From positions 17,546,001-17,610,000 of the forward strand of contig NC_087252.1 in assembly GCF_037042905.1 (NCBI RefSeq): a stretch of 64,000 bases of DNA. The letters run 5' to 3'. The notes below the pieces were generated by a model. It was not told where the DNA came from. It made no database searches and saw nothing but the letters and a program-made list of their open reading frames with translations. Positions 22,986 to 35,149 of the stretch are shown here, in pieces (within the stretch, counting starts at the first letter, position 1; each line of letters begins with the position of its first letter). Made by a program: the position numbers and the translations under genes. Source of the DNA: Lytechinus pictus. Its lineage: Eukaryota.

Positions 22986-24982
22986 TGAAAATATTACTGG
23001 TAATTTTTCCCGTTCTGTGGGGGGGGGGGGAGCTGAAATAGTGCGAGCCGATGTTAGGTGGTGTATATGCCTGGCATAATGTGTCCGGCAAGGGATGGGA
23101 AACGGGATGAGGGGGGGGGGGGGGTAGGGGACAGTGATGGGACGTTCACAATTATGCATGGGATGTCAATTTTATTCAGCTGTACAAGGAGCTGGAACAT
23201 TTTTTTTCTTCTCGTTTTGGCAGGAGGCCAGGTCAGATGGCCTACTGTTATGTTAAAAGTGTTGTGTACATTAAACATAGCTTCCGTTCTGGTAAGCGGA
23301 AGCCGGAAGTAAGCCAACCAAAATAGTTTCCCCTCAATGACAGTTACAAATCATGGATTTTCTTTCTACCGTTCTGAGTAGTTACATATTTGTATAAGTC
23401 AATGTTGAAGGGTTATCCAGCTGAGAGTAAGGTAATTTGAATAGCCAGATTAATTCGAAAAAAGAGCAAAAACTCTAACAAGTATTAAAATCAGGTAACG
23501 AAAGACGAAGATAATAATGGCATTAACAAAATTACATTAATCTGGTGAAATATTTCTGTGCATGACTTACCAAATTATGTTTTGTCCCGACGTTTAGAAT
23601 TAATCAATATGAAATTACGATTATTCGCATTTTCTCATTCAAGAATACAAAAACGAGATAGACTGCTGAAATAAACGTTAACGTCATCATTGATTAGACT
23701 TTGTTCCAATAGAAACATATTTTACATTTATGTATTTGAAATGAAATAATTACGATTTAATTTAATTTAATGACATAAAAGGGTAAGTTCGGATGTGAGA
23801 TCATCAGCCCAGTTGCTTATCCATGAAATCACGCGTAAAATTGTTTTACGGAAAATCTGGAAGTGTACATTAAAATTTACGTGTAAGTTTGTTTGCCTTT
23901 ACCGGAAAGTTAATGACAATTTAAATGTTTTGCTTGTGTAATCCTTGATTTTCAGCCTTTCATACCCCTTCAAATTTGGCGTCAATTCGTTTTGGGAAGA
24001 GCGGAAGAGGATATGAACTTTATCAATGATTTGTCTTAAAATTAATACGTAAGTACATACAAATCCCACACCCTTTCTCTTCCACCGCTGTTTTCGAAGG
24101 AAGGTGAAGAAAACGAGCTTTAAAATAACCACTTTTCTTGGAGATGTTTAAATGACCATTTTTAATTAAAAGTCAGTATTATTTCATTGTTGTTTGTGAC
24201 ATTTAAGAATTCGCTCTCTCTTCTGATTAATAACCACATATCAATTTTCTTTGAAAATGCAGTGAAAACGCCAGTAAAATATGTGTATACCCTCAGCATG
24301 ACATTGTGCATGTATCGTCAATTTCTAAAATACAGGACGGATGTTAATACAATACAAAACTTGTTCGGGGCAGGACAACAAAATTCTCTGAAATCAATAT
24401 TGGCATTGCACATGCATCATTCAATAGCTATGCAAATTTCTGAATGATTTAAGAGAAAGCATAATCAAACAAACATGTTTAGCTGGTGTGTCTATGCCGT
24501 GTGAGACGCATTTCACATTTCATAATTTCAAATCCTCCAATCTTACTGTCGAAAATTGACAAAAATCATTATCTCTTAATCACATCTCTCTTTCTAGTTT
24601 CTTCAAAGAAAAGTAATCCCTAGAAAAGGTTAAATCAAGGAACTTTTAACTAGTTTGCCAACGAAATTCTACCTCTTTGAACTATAAGCAAGGAGTTACC
24701 AGTAACTCTTTGGTCTAAGCAGTGAAGTGCATTGCAGATATTTGTTGACACCGAGTCGAAATATTCACCTTGAAATAATTATTTTTGTTGTAACTGATGA
24801 TGTCGAGAACAAGGACCAAATCTAACAGGATAGACTTGTCGTCGTACATACAAGAATACTAAGAAGCTTTCGCAACTGCAATAGGGACGGATTTAAGAAC
24901 ACAGTGAAATCTATGAAAATTTCAATCAGATGGTTGGAATGTCTTTGTACAGCTGACTGCTGTTGATCTCCGCCCCCCTTTG

Positions 24983-25145
24983 GAGGAAGAAAAAGAAGAA
25001 TAACAAGAAGAAGAATACGACGAAGAAGAAGGAGGAGGGGAAGAAAAAGAGAAGAAGAAGAAAAAAAAATAGAAGAAGTAGTGAAGATGAAGAAGAAGGA
25101 GAAGAAGGAAAGAAGAAGAAGAAGAAGGAAGAGGAGAAGAAGAGA
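24983..25145. repeat. (GAA)n purine-rich microsatellite
   Basis: Direct inspection. Confidence 0.9.
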
Positions 25146-27744
25146 TTGAAAATTTAAAATTGGAAAAATTGCTAATAATTTCGACCGAGACTTAATTGTC
25201 ATGAATGGTGTTTCACAATACATTATGTATGTTCTTGAATTCGTCGTGCGTCGTAGAATCGAAACTCCCTACTTTAGCCCTTTAACTACCGGTAGGCTTA
25301 CTTCCAAATCAACTATCAGGCCATAGAATTTTGAAATGAATTGAATTTATCTCCGATAAAAACAATTAACAATACATATAAACTAATACAATTGAAATTG
25401 AAATGATAACAGGAGGATAGCCCTAATCAGCATCACCAATCAGGGTGATCATGTTGTTGCTGGTCTGCAGAGGGGGACACTGGAATACATCCAAGACCAT
25501 TTTTTTTCTTCCTCCACGGTTAAACGAAAAAGAACTTACCAAAAAATACTACATGACTTGCGATGCGCTGCTAGTAAACAAATCCGAATAAAAAGAAAGT
25601 GCATGAGGAAGTAGGCTCTGATTGCGGCTACACAGCGCTGATTCAAGAAGCATTACATCTAGGTATATAGTCAGCACTGGCAGCAGAACATGTAGCCCAT
25701 TTGTATATATGAAACAATTCGCAGGGAGATGTTGAATCTAGTCAGTTTGACGCAGACAAACCCAAGATAAGATCCCAACTTCGGAAGTTTAAATAAAGAA
25801 TTCTATGCAGATATTGAGGTCGCTTGTCAATAACAACGCCGAACCTGGCTTTTCTTCTGCGGCTGTGAGATCCCGAACGAAAAACGAACGACGAAAGAGT
25901 CATATATTCGAATTGGCGCTGTTTCTAACATCTATTACATTATACGAAGGCTAACCTCTAAATGTTGCAGTGGTGAGACGACTGGACAATGTCCTCCGGC
26001 TCGTGCAGGAGGACACAAAGAAAATAATTGGTAAGTTCGCAAACTATCACACTAGAAATGAAGTCTACCAAGCCTGGGGATAACATAACATTATTGTGTA
26101 ATTGGTAAAATGGGAGTAGTTCCAAAATAAAAATCCATGAATATCTGACGAAGAAAGAGTTGAACCTGGTAGTACAGCCAAGGAAGTAAAACGTGATTTC
26201 ATTTAAAGAATTTAAATGAGAAAAGAATGTCATTAATGATGTTGATACCACAGCACTAAGTTTCAGACACTAACTTTGTTATCAGAGGGTCGCATATACA
26301 TCACTGTGAACTAGAGCTTTAGGGCGACACAACACCTCCACCGGGCTTTCCAGCAAATATATACAAAACAATTTTCTCATCCGAATTCTTTCCGATCGGA
26401 TTCTAAAAACGATTATTTTTCATATTGTTTTATGTTTTACTTGTTTTATTTTCTTTAATATTATATATTAAATATTATTATTCTTTTCTGGGGGGGGGGG
26501 TGAAGGTTATTCCTAACTAAAATCTTAGGTAAATCTTGGCTTTATTCTTACAAACAACATAAGGTATTCCATAAGGCCCAAATGAATAATGAAAGCGCAA
26601 GCTTATTTTTGTGTTCTTATATTTCCTTAGTTTTTAGCTGAAAATCGGACGTTTTGAGCAGTTGTTGGAATCACTTTTGACACCCTGTAATGACCATAAT
26701 GACATTCATGAAAACTATAATGCAAAGATTCTATCGCCAATATTTTGACCAACAGAGTGCGCGATCAGAAACTTCCCTGTATACATTTTAACGGTTGTAT
26801 AAATACACTTGACGGTAGACTGAACTACTTAACTTAAAAAAATAATATTCATTCGAACTTCATAGAATAGGCTTAATAGTCTGATGCATCATAGTATTTC
26901 AATGATGCTGAAAATTTTGAATACCAAATTACCAAAAATATTCATCATACATCATGTAAAGCAGTGGATGGAGCTCGGATGAGTGTTAAATCCAGTTATG
27001 TAGACATAATAACGAAATACATTATAGCTTTTATGACTTACATTTTTCTTTAGACCCTTTAGAAATGTTTTTCGAAATTGTGTACATATACTTTTTATAT
27101 AATTTATAGGCAGTCAAAGAGACATATTCGGTTCGAAGTCTAAATGAAATTTTACACTGTTTTTTCATGAACTTAATTCTTGTTTTTCTACTTTTGGACT
27201 ATAATCTGGACCTGTAGTCTGAAATGAATTCATGAATTTACCATCTCGATTTTTAGTTGCCTTTCTTAGCTTTTCTCTCCACCCAATTGTTTGTATTTGT
27301 TCGTGTGTTTGTTTGTTTTTAGATCATGTATCCGTCAATCAGTATACACAAACTGAACAGTCGTTTGCACAATATAAGCACTTTCTACACGACACAAATG
27401 ATGTTAAAATTTACTCGTTTACCGTATACAGGTAGCTGGTAGGACAAAAGAAAAGTACAAGAACTTCATTACACAATTCATTGCGTTGTATGATAAATAT
27501 ATTACAACTTCAAATGATGTTCAATAAGAATTGACTAATTATGACATGAAAACACTAAACAAAGAATAAATCAACCCATCCCTAATTATAATGATAACCA
27601 ACGGAACCTCTTGCTACAAAATGTTGCAACATCCGTTATAAGGTGGGGATTCCCAAACATAAATCATTCATCGTGAATATACATGTATCAAGATACTAAA
27701 TATTTCAAATTAAATTGTACTACTCTTTAGGACTATTTTGGAAT

Positions 27745-27745
<1 letters not shown>

Positions 27746-27779
<34 letters not shown>

Positions 27780-27926
27780 ATGATAATAATAATAATATTG
27801 ATATTTATGCTACAACTGCTACTACTTCTACTATTAATAGTATTAATACTACTTCAGCAAAAAAAAAAGCATTAACATCAAATTATATTACCATTGCTTC
27901 TAATACTACTATTACTTCTACTAATA

Positions 27927-27965
<39 letters not shown>

Positions 27966-27977
27966 TAATACTACTAC
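27746..27977. repeat. (TAC/TAA)n microsatellite tract
   Basis: Direct inspection. Confidence 0.9.
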
Positions 27978-28429
27978 CGCTTCGTCCAAAGACCCTCCAG
28001 GTTTTGACGAAATGGTGCGTTAGGAGCGTCTGTTTGCCTCTTAATTGTTGACTGGAACCCCATCCTTAGTTGGTCTAATTCCCATTCTTACTAATCATCA
28101 AATGGTCTAAAATAAAATTAAATTTGTCTAATACAAATACGATGCACAAATCATTAACTTTGGTCCATTGTTTTTTTTTTTTTTTTTTTTTTACCACAGT
28201 TGGTAGTCTTGTTCTTCATTTTGTCATTTGAGATATTAAACCAAACGATGTTAGACCATTTTGCCAACTGACTGTAGGCCAAGTGGTTATGAGCCGATTT
28301 AGACTAATGACTCTTTGATTCTGCTGTTGAAAAGGTTTAACATACATTCAAAACTCGGTGAAAAAGGGTTCCAACGCTTCCGTTTGGGCAAAGCCCGGGG
28401 GGTAGACAAATGGTTGGATTAGGATAGAG

Positions 28430-28741
28430 ATAGGGGCAAAAGTGCGCTAAATTGGTTTAAAAGTTATCATTCAAATAGAAGACAGCACACATCCCTTAAC
28501 TTTTCTAAATGTGGTATACTATTTTTTATGGGAAGTACCACAGGGTTCTATTTTTGGTCCATTTTTATTTCTGATTTATATCAACGGCATGTACATGGTG
28601 CTAAACACATTAAATTACATATTTTTTGCGGATGACACAAGTATTTGTCTATCCCATCGTGATATTGATATCCTAGGAAGGACTCCTACACTTTCAAAAC
28701 TATCTAGTGGGTTTCGAGGTAATATGCTATCACCGAATGGA
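28430..28741 (+). pseudogene. Degenerate CR1/L2-group LINE RT fragment, left of the Polinton-like insertion
   Basis: EVPQGSIFGPFLFLIYING...FFADDT. Decayed LINE-like sequence resumes after the element at 34069-34740. Confidence 0.85.
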
Positions 28742-30884
28742 AGAAGATATAGTAGTCTGTTTGGACAACTTCCGGTAGAGGGGATTAACATAGTTAATTA
28801 TTAATGAATTATTAATAATTAGTTAATTATTAATTGATTATTAGTTAATTATTAATTAATTATCAATTAGGTGTTTGTTGATATCGGTGAGGTCAAAAGC
28901 GAAGAGTCGTTATGGGGATGAACATAATTAATTTTAAAATTTATGTTAGACAAAGCGGTCAAGTTGGACATGGATATTTTTTGGTAATGTGTGGAGAGTA
29001 TGGATTGATGATGGGACAATAGAATTAGGGGTGTGTGTTGGTCAAGTTCACTCTTGGTGGTTTTGGATGCAGGTAGATGTTTGCCAAGCAGCTCATCTGT
29101 GCGTGTGGAGGGTATGGATTGATGATGGGACAATAGAATTAGGGATGTGTTGGTCAAGTTCACTCTTGGTGGTTTTGGATGCAGGTAGATGTTTGCCAAG
29201 CAGCTCATCTTTGGATAAAGCTAAAGCCAAGTAGTCTTCAAGACATCTGTAGGAAGCAATATTGTAGTTGCATAATTATGAAATAACGGTGACCTCGTGA
29301 AACACTTGGTTAAGGTGACCATAGGGATACATCATTGATTAGTGGCCCTCGATATGGTCATGAAGTTAGAGTGGTATAGGATTATTAGTTACACAGTGAA
29401 TATAATTTCAGGGAGGGGGGTCGCTTACAATTTAACATTACTTTTTCCATGGTTTCAGGTAGGAAATAGCTGTCATTCAATCGGTACGTCTCATTCCGCC
29501 AGTTTGCCACCATCTTGGCGTTGTAGCGTCTACGGCGAAACATCAGCATCGTCATGATCATGGGGTTGTGCCTTGTGGGGGTAATAAGAGAATTTAGCTG
29601 GAATCCACTTCATTCCCTCATATTATTCCAGCAGTGCGGCGTTGCGGCGTCTAACGGCGCCATGGGTTGCGGTATAGAAGGATCACAATTTACCATTTGG
29701 CAATGAGTTCGATCGATGAACTTTGGTGATTGAAGATATGATGTTAAATGTCGGTCCCAATTATAAACCATCATTTCTCATAGATACATGTCTGTAAAAA
29801 CTGAAGTACAAACACTCACACACTCTAACAGAAACACACACTCTCTATTTATCCGATAGTGGGGGTTAACACTTCTTTCAATTATTTGTACCATGACCCT
29901 GCATGCCCCTCCGTTTATTTAAAAAATCTTCAACCTCGAAAAAAACCAATATTCAGATCGAGTGTCAATTCAAAGAGCATGAATGTATCAATGTTGACGA
30001 TAAAGGGCACTTTATCATTTGGAATAATTTTTAATTCAATTTTGTATTTCCCGAGATCGAAGTTCAGGATATCTCATTTTTTATGGGAAATATATTTGCA
30101 GAGGGCACTAAATCGGATCAAATCGTCAAATTTTATGTTTGCAAGGATTTGAATTAATAAAACAAAAAAATAACTTTCACTCTTTTGAGATTGTTATGTT
30201 TTAGGAATGTTATTATTATTATTGTTATTACTATTGTTATTATTATTATTATTACTATTGCTATTATTATTATTATTACTATTGTTATTATCATTACTAT
30301 TGTTATTATAATTACTATTATAAACACAAAACCTCAGTGCGACGCGATTTTTCAAGTGTCAATGTTTGCTGTGCCCCTGCATGCATTCATGCCCCTTTTC
30401 CGTTTATTTTCAAAATCCTTGAGGAAACATTTCATGTAGTTCCAATAACAGCAAGATTATCACAATGTTGACAGAGGGTATGAATGAACTATGACACTTC
30501 ATGAAGAAGATGTTCAGAAAATCTATCTCATTGAAAGAATTGTATTGCCAACAGATGGTTCGTGATGAACTATTACATTTATTATTTGGATAATGTGGCC
30601 AATAGATGGCGTTGCTATATCATTTTAGAATAAATTTATTTGGAAACTGTACTTTCAGAGAAGTTTAGAATATCTCCTTTACAGTAAAGTAACATTGCAG
30701 ATAGAATTAAGGCGCTCAATCGCATCGTCAAATCTGTAAATTTAATATAGGCCTACGATGTGACATGATTGAAAGCACTTCATTGCGGCGTACATTGCTC
30801 TGTTTTGACGGCGTTACGGCAATGTTACGGCGGCGTAAGTTGGCGCTAGTGGCGCTAAGGCGCATCTAACGGCAAAGTCATGAA
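28742..30884 (+). repeat. Left inverted arm (2143 bp)
   Basis: Reverse complement of 31938-34068 with scattered substitutions; the ORF track shows mirror-image ORFs in both arms. Confidence 0.97.
28990..29209. repeat. Two tandem ~113-bp units inside the arm, mirrored at ~33601-33820
   Basis: TGTGGAG(A/G)GTATGGATTGATGATGGGACAATAGAATTAGGG...GCCAAGCAGCTCATCT occurs twice. Confidence 0.9.
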
Positions 30885-30996
30885 CACTGCGCCTCATGGC
30901 GTCATAGTTTGACAATACTCAGCATGGTCAAAGCAATATAAAGTGGTGATGCAAGTGTTGCACTGTCATTTGCAAGCTTAACATCTTCAGATCAAC

Positions 30997-31617
30997 ATGA
31001 ATACTCTCTCAAACCGATTTGCTTGTTCCTTATGCGATAAGACGTATAGTCGCAGGTTTGACGTGAAGAGGCACGAACAAACTGCGCATCGAGAAATGGA
31101 AACGGATGAGGAACCGAATGAAACTGAATCTGAGAATGAAGACTCCAGTGATAATGAAAATATCATAGAGGAAGATTCTAAAATGATAAAATCAGAAAGC
31201 AAAGAAGAAGACAATGGAGATCCTGAAGACAACCTGGTTTATCAAGAATGGTTCAAACTAGCTCTAGCAGCAACCGATGAGATGAGAAATGAAAAGTACG
31301 AAAAATATATCTCAAGGGGTATGAGTGAGGTAGAAGCTCAAGAGAATGCTCACACAACAGTTTTATGGGCAGTCAAACGAATCTTCTTCGACCACTACTC
31401 TTACTTCTTGCGACATAGCTTGTATCTTGAAGAAGATGACACCAATCTTGACATTCTATCTGATATCAAAGAAAGAGTAGAGAATGGAATGGATATTCGG
31501 AAAGCAATTCAACGCGTGTTGGCCAGACACAGAACAAAGTTTGATGTCCTATTTCAATACCAGGAAGAAGAGAAGGATGAAGAAGAGATGGAAGGGACTG
31601 AAGAAACCGACAACTAG
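30997..31617 (+). CDS. 206-aa protein: N-terminal C2H2 zinc finger, acidic linker, predicted helical domain, acidic tail (probable Polinton accessory gene)
   Basis: FACSLCDKTYSRRFDVKRHEQTAH fits F-x-C-x2-C-x3-Y-x8-H-x4-H. Intact ORF with AACATG start, TATA-like TATAAA at 30937-30942, and ATTAAA/AATAAA signals at ~31734, ~31811 and ~31925. Confidence 0.8.
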   Translation: MNTLSNRFACSLCDKTYSRRFDVKRHEQTAHREMETDEEPNETESENEDSSDNENIIEEDSKMIKSESKEEDNGDPEDNLVYQEWFKLALAATDEMRNEKYEKYISRGMSEVEAQENAHTTVLWAVKRIFFDHYSYFLRHSLYLEEDDTNLDILSDIKERVENGMDIRKAIQRVLARHRTKFDVLFQYQEEEKDEEEMEGTEETDN

Positions 31618-31937
31618 TTCACATAATTATACAGAACAAACTTTGTAGATTGTAGAAAGCTGTACTTGTATTATGATCATGATGAAATGATATATTTTCC
31701 ATGCTGATAACTTCCAAGAAAGTGACCAAATATATTAAAATGAATGTACTTTCTGATACTATACAGATTTGAAATCTGCATTGCTTGTTAATATCTTGTT
31801 TCATACTTGAATTAAAATTACAAAATTTGCTGATGTGAAATATTTTTTTGCATGTGTTTGTTTTTCTTCTCTTGTGCTTTGTTGTTAGACGAATTGATAC
31901 GATTAAACGCCTTCTATCAACAAAAATAAAAATTGAA

Positions 31938-34068
31938 TTCATGACTTTGCCGTTAGATGCGCCGTAACGCCACCTTACGCCGCCGTAACATTGCCGTAAC
32001 GCCATCAAAACAGAGCAATGTACGCCGCAATGAAGTGCTTTCAATCATGTCACATCGTAGGCCTATATTAAATTTACAGATTTGACGATGCGATTGAGCG
32101 CCTTAATTCTATCTGCAATGTTACTTTACTGTAAAGGAGATATTCTAAACTTCTCTGAAAGTACAGTTTCCAAATAAATTTATTCTAAAATGATATAGCA
32201 ACGCCATCTATTGGCCACATTATCCAAATAATAAATGTAATAGTTCATCACGAACCATCTGTTGGCAATACAATTCTTTCAATGAGATAGATTTTCTGAA
32301 CATCTTCTTCATGAAGTGTCATAGTTCATTCATACCCTCTGTCAACATTGTGATAATCTTGCTGTTATTGGAACTACATGAAATGTTTCCTCAAGGATTT
32401 TGAAAATAAACGGAAAAGGGGCATAAATGCATGCAGGGGCACAGCAAACATTGACACTTGAAAAATCGCGTCGCACTGAGGTTTTGTGTTTATAATAGTA
32501 ATTATAATAACAATAGTAATGATAATAACAATAGTAATAATAATAATAATAATAGTAATAATAATAATAAGAACAATAGTAATAATAATAATAATAATAA
32601 CATTCCTAAAACATAACAATCTCAAAAGAGTGAAAGTTATTTTTTTGTTTTATTAAATCAAATCCTTGCAAACATAAAATTTGACGATTTGATCCGATTT
32701 AGTGCCCTCTGCAAATATATTTCCCATAAAAAATGAGATATCCTGAACTTCGGTCTCGGGAAATACAAAATTGAATAAAAAATTATTCCAAATGATAAAG
32801 TGCCCTTTATCGTCAACATTGATACATTCATGCTCTTTGAATTGACACTCAATCTGAATATTGGTTTTTTTCGAGGTTGAAGATTTTTTAAATAAACGGA
32901 GGGGCATGCAGGGTCATGGTACAAATAATTGAAAGAAGTGTTAACCCCCACTATCGGATAAATAGAGAGTGTGTGTTTCTGTTAGAGTGTGTGAGTGTTT
33001 GTACTTCAGTTTTTACAGACATGTATCTATGAGAAATGATGGTTTATAATTGGGACCGACATTTAACATCATATCTTCAATCACCAAAGTTCATCGATCG
33101 AACTCATTGCCAAATGGTAAATTGTGATCCTTCTATACCGCAACCCATGACGCCGTTAGACGCCGCAACGCCGCACTGATGGAATAATATGAGGGAATGA
33201 AGTGGATTCCAGCTAAATTCTCTTATTACCCCCACAAGGAACAACCCCATGATCATGACGATGCTGATGTTTCGCCGTAGACGCTACAACGCCAAGATGG
33301 TGGCAAACTGGCGGAATGAGACGTACCGATTGGGTGACAGCTATTTCCTGCCTGAAACCATGGAAAAAGTAATGTTAAATTGTAAGCGACCCCCCTCCCT
33401 GAAATTATATTCACTGTGTAACCAATAATCCTATACCACTCTAACTTCATGACCATATCGAGGGCCACTAATCAATGATGTATCCCTATGGTCACCTTAA
33501 CCAAGTGTTTCACGAGGTCACCGTTATTTCATAATTATGCAACTACAATATGGCTTCCTGCAGATGTCTTGAAGACTACTTGGCTTTAGCTTTATCCAAA
33601 GATGAGCTGCTTGGCAAACATCTACCTGCATCCAAAACCACCAAGAGTGAACTTGACCAACACATCCCTAATTCTATTGTCCCATCATCAATCCATACCC
33701 TCCACACGCACAGATGAGCTGCTTGGCAAACATCTACCTGCATCCAAAACCACCAAGAGTGAACTTGACCAACACACACCCCTAATTCTATTGTCCCATC
33801 ATCAATCCATACTCTCCACACATTACCAAAAAATATCCATGTCCAACTTGACCGCTTTGTCTAACATAAATTTTAAAATTAATTATGTTCATCCCCATAA
33901 CGACTCTTCGCTTTTGACCTCACCGATATCAACAAACACCTAATTGATAATTAATTAATAATTAACTAATAATCAATTAATAATTAACTAATTATTAATA
34001 ATTCATTAATAATTAACTATGTTAATCCCCTCTACCCGAAGTTGTCCAAACAGACTACTATATCTTCT
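31938..34068 (-). repeat. Right inverted arm (2131 bp)
   Basis: Reverse complement of 28742-30884. Confidence 0.97.
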
Positions 34069-34740
34069 AATGGAAACATATGATAAACATTTCAAAGGGA
34101 GGAAGGCTAATGGTAACTGTGATTTAAGAATAAAACTTGACAATACTTTTTTTAAACAAAGGTGTCTACTAGGATCATAGGGATGTTCGTTAAAGGTCAA
34201 CTTTGATGGAATTATCACTTGAAACACATCAGTAAATCATTTTCTCGAAATATAAACTACACTATATTGAATACATTGAACCTGACAAAATAATATGCAT
34301 TTTTCACAATAGTCTTATTCTACCTGCTGTGTCATGTTGCAGTTCTCTTTGGACAATATGAAGGAAAGTCACATATGAAGTTCTTCTGTTGTAGACAAAG
34401 CAATTTTCTATTCTATGCTAGTTTGTTTGGTTACCCTTACCACATTGTCAATGTCTGGCTGTTGATGATATCCATTTCCTTCAAACTTCCCTTTTAATCT
34501 ATCGATTCAGTGCCGAAATGTTACCTGCCCGCATTTTCACTATGTTTCCACAAGAATGCTATCCATATCCAACATATAAGTGAAGCATTTAATATGGACT
34601 TTTACAACCCTCGCACGTTGTTGGCTCACAAAGCTATATGGTCCCGATGTTTGGAATTCCCTATCCACGTGTAGTAGGAATTTATTATTAGTTTATTCCT
34701 TCAAAAGTGCAGTTAAACGAATACTCATCTTGCAGGTTTA
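34069..34740 (+). pseudogene. Continuation of the degenerate LINE interrupted by the Polinton-like element
   Basis: Decayed CR1/L2 C-terminal-like motifs (e.g. YGPDVWNSL near 34640-34665) on the same strand as the RT fragment before the TSD. Confidence 0.55.
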
Positions 34741-34965
34741 ATTCTCTCACAAAAGCAATATTTGTTGTACTATATGTTTTTAATCAAAGATTTTTTTAAT
34801 TTCGGGTAATTACACCCTGGCATAGGCCCTATTTTCTAAATAATTGTATTTTCAACTGTGGAAAAAAAATCATTTGTCTATTTGTAGTCATAATCAACCT
34901 AATTTGAAAATTCCTTAGTATGTATTTTATAATTTCAAAGGCGGGACAATGTATCAAGGTTATTC

Positions 34966-35149
34966 AGATATTGACTGATGGGGTGTGTAATATAAACATT
35001 CTTTGGACCGCCGGATTCATATTTTCCCGAGGGGTTATTTTTTCCCTGAAGTGCGCAGCGCTGAGAGAAAATATGAACACGAGGGAAAATATAAATCCTT
35101 TAGGCGGTCCAAAGAATGTCTATTTTACATACCCAACCATTCAATATCT
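34966..35149. repeat. ~184-bp imperfect hairpin, probable terminal structure of the adjacent Crypton
   Basis: AGATATTGA...ACATTCTTTGGACCGCC...ATATTTTCCC pairs with GGGAAAATAT...GGCGGTCCAAAGAATGT...TCAATATCT. Confidence 0.7.

Larger units (their letters stand above)
15399..22990 (+). repeat. Segmental duplication unit, copy A (TRIM CDS plus ~5.7 kb of 3' flank)
   Basis: Collinear with 56892-64000: 18337 AGCTCTGTCC ~ 59451; 19561 ATACTCTACTT ~ 60430; 21060 ~ 62060; 22481 MITE ~ 63379; 22961 GCTGATCG ~ 63965. Confidence 0.92.
28742..34068. mobile_element. Non-autonomous Polinton/Maverick-like element (5327 bp) with ~2.1-kb terminal inverted repeats
   Basis: 6-bp TSD AATGGA at 28736-28741 and 34069-34074; termini 5'-AGAAGATATAGTAGTC...GACTACTATATCTTCT-3'; arms 28742-30884 and 31938-34068; 1053-bp unique core. 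Confidence 0.85.

Noticed and set aside
25900-26040. Possible first exon (ATGTCCTCCGGC...ATTG|GTAAGT)
   Set aside because: Good donor consensus, but no downstream exon or protein similarity can be supported from the sequence alone.
28867-30439. Mirror-image ORFs in the arms (113, 81, 71, 97 and the Ile-rich 84 aa) as genes
   Set aside because: They arise from the tandem 113-bp unit, an (ATT)n microsatellite or alternative start codons, and recur only because the arms are duplicated.
30598-30614. CTCF-like motif CCAATAGATGGCGTT, convergent in the two arms
   Set aside because: A single imperfect motif match that is duplicated automatically by the inverted repeat; not supportable without binding data.
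28751-34059. Element ends at the canonical-looking AGTAGT/ACTACT
   Set aside because: With those ends the flanks (AGATAT, ATATCT) are not a direct repeat. The inverted match extends 9 bp further, where a perfect 6-bp TSD appears.
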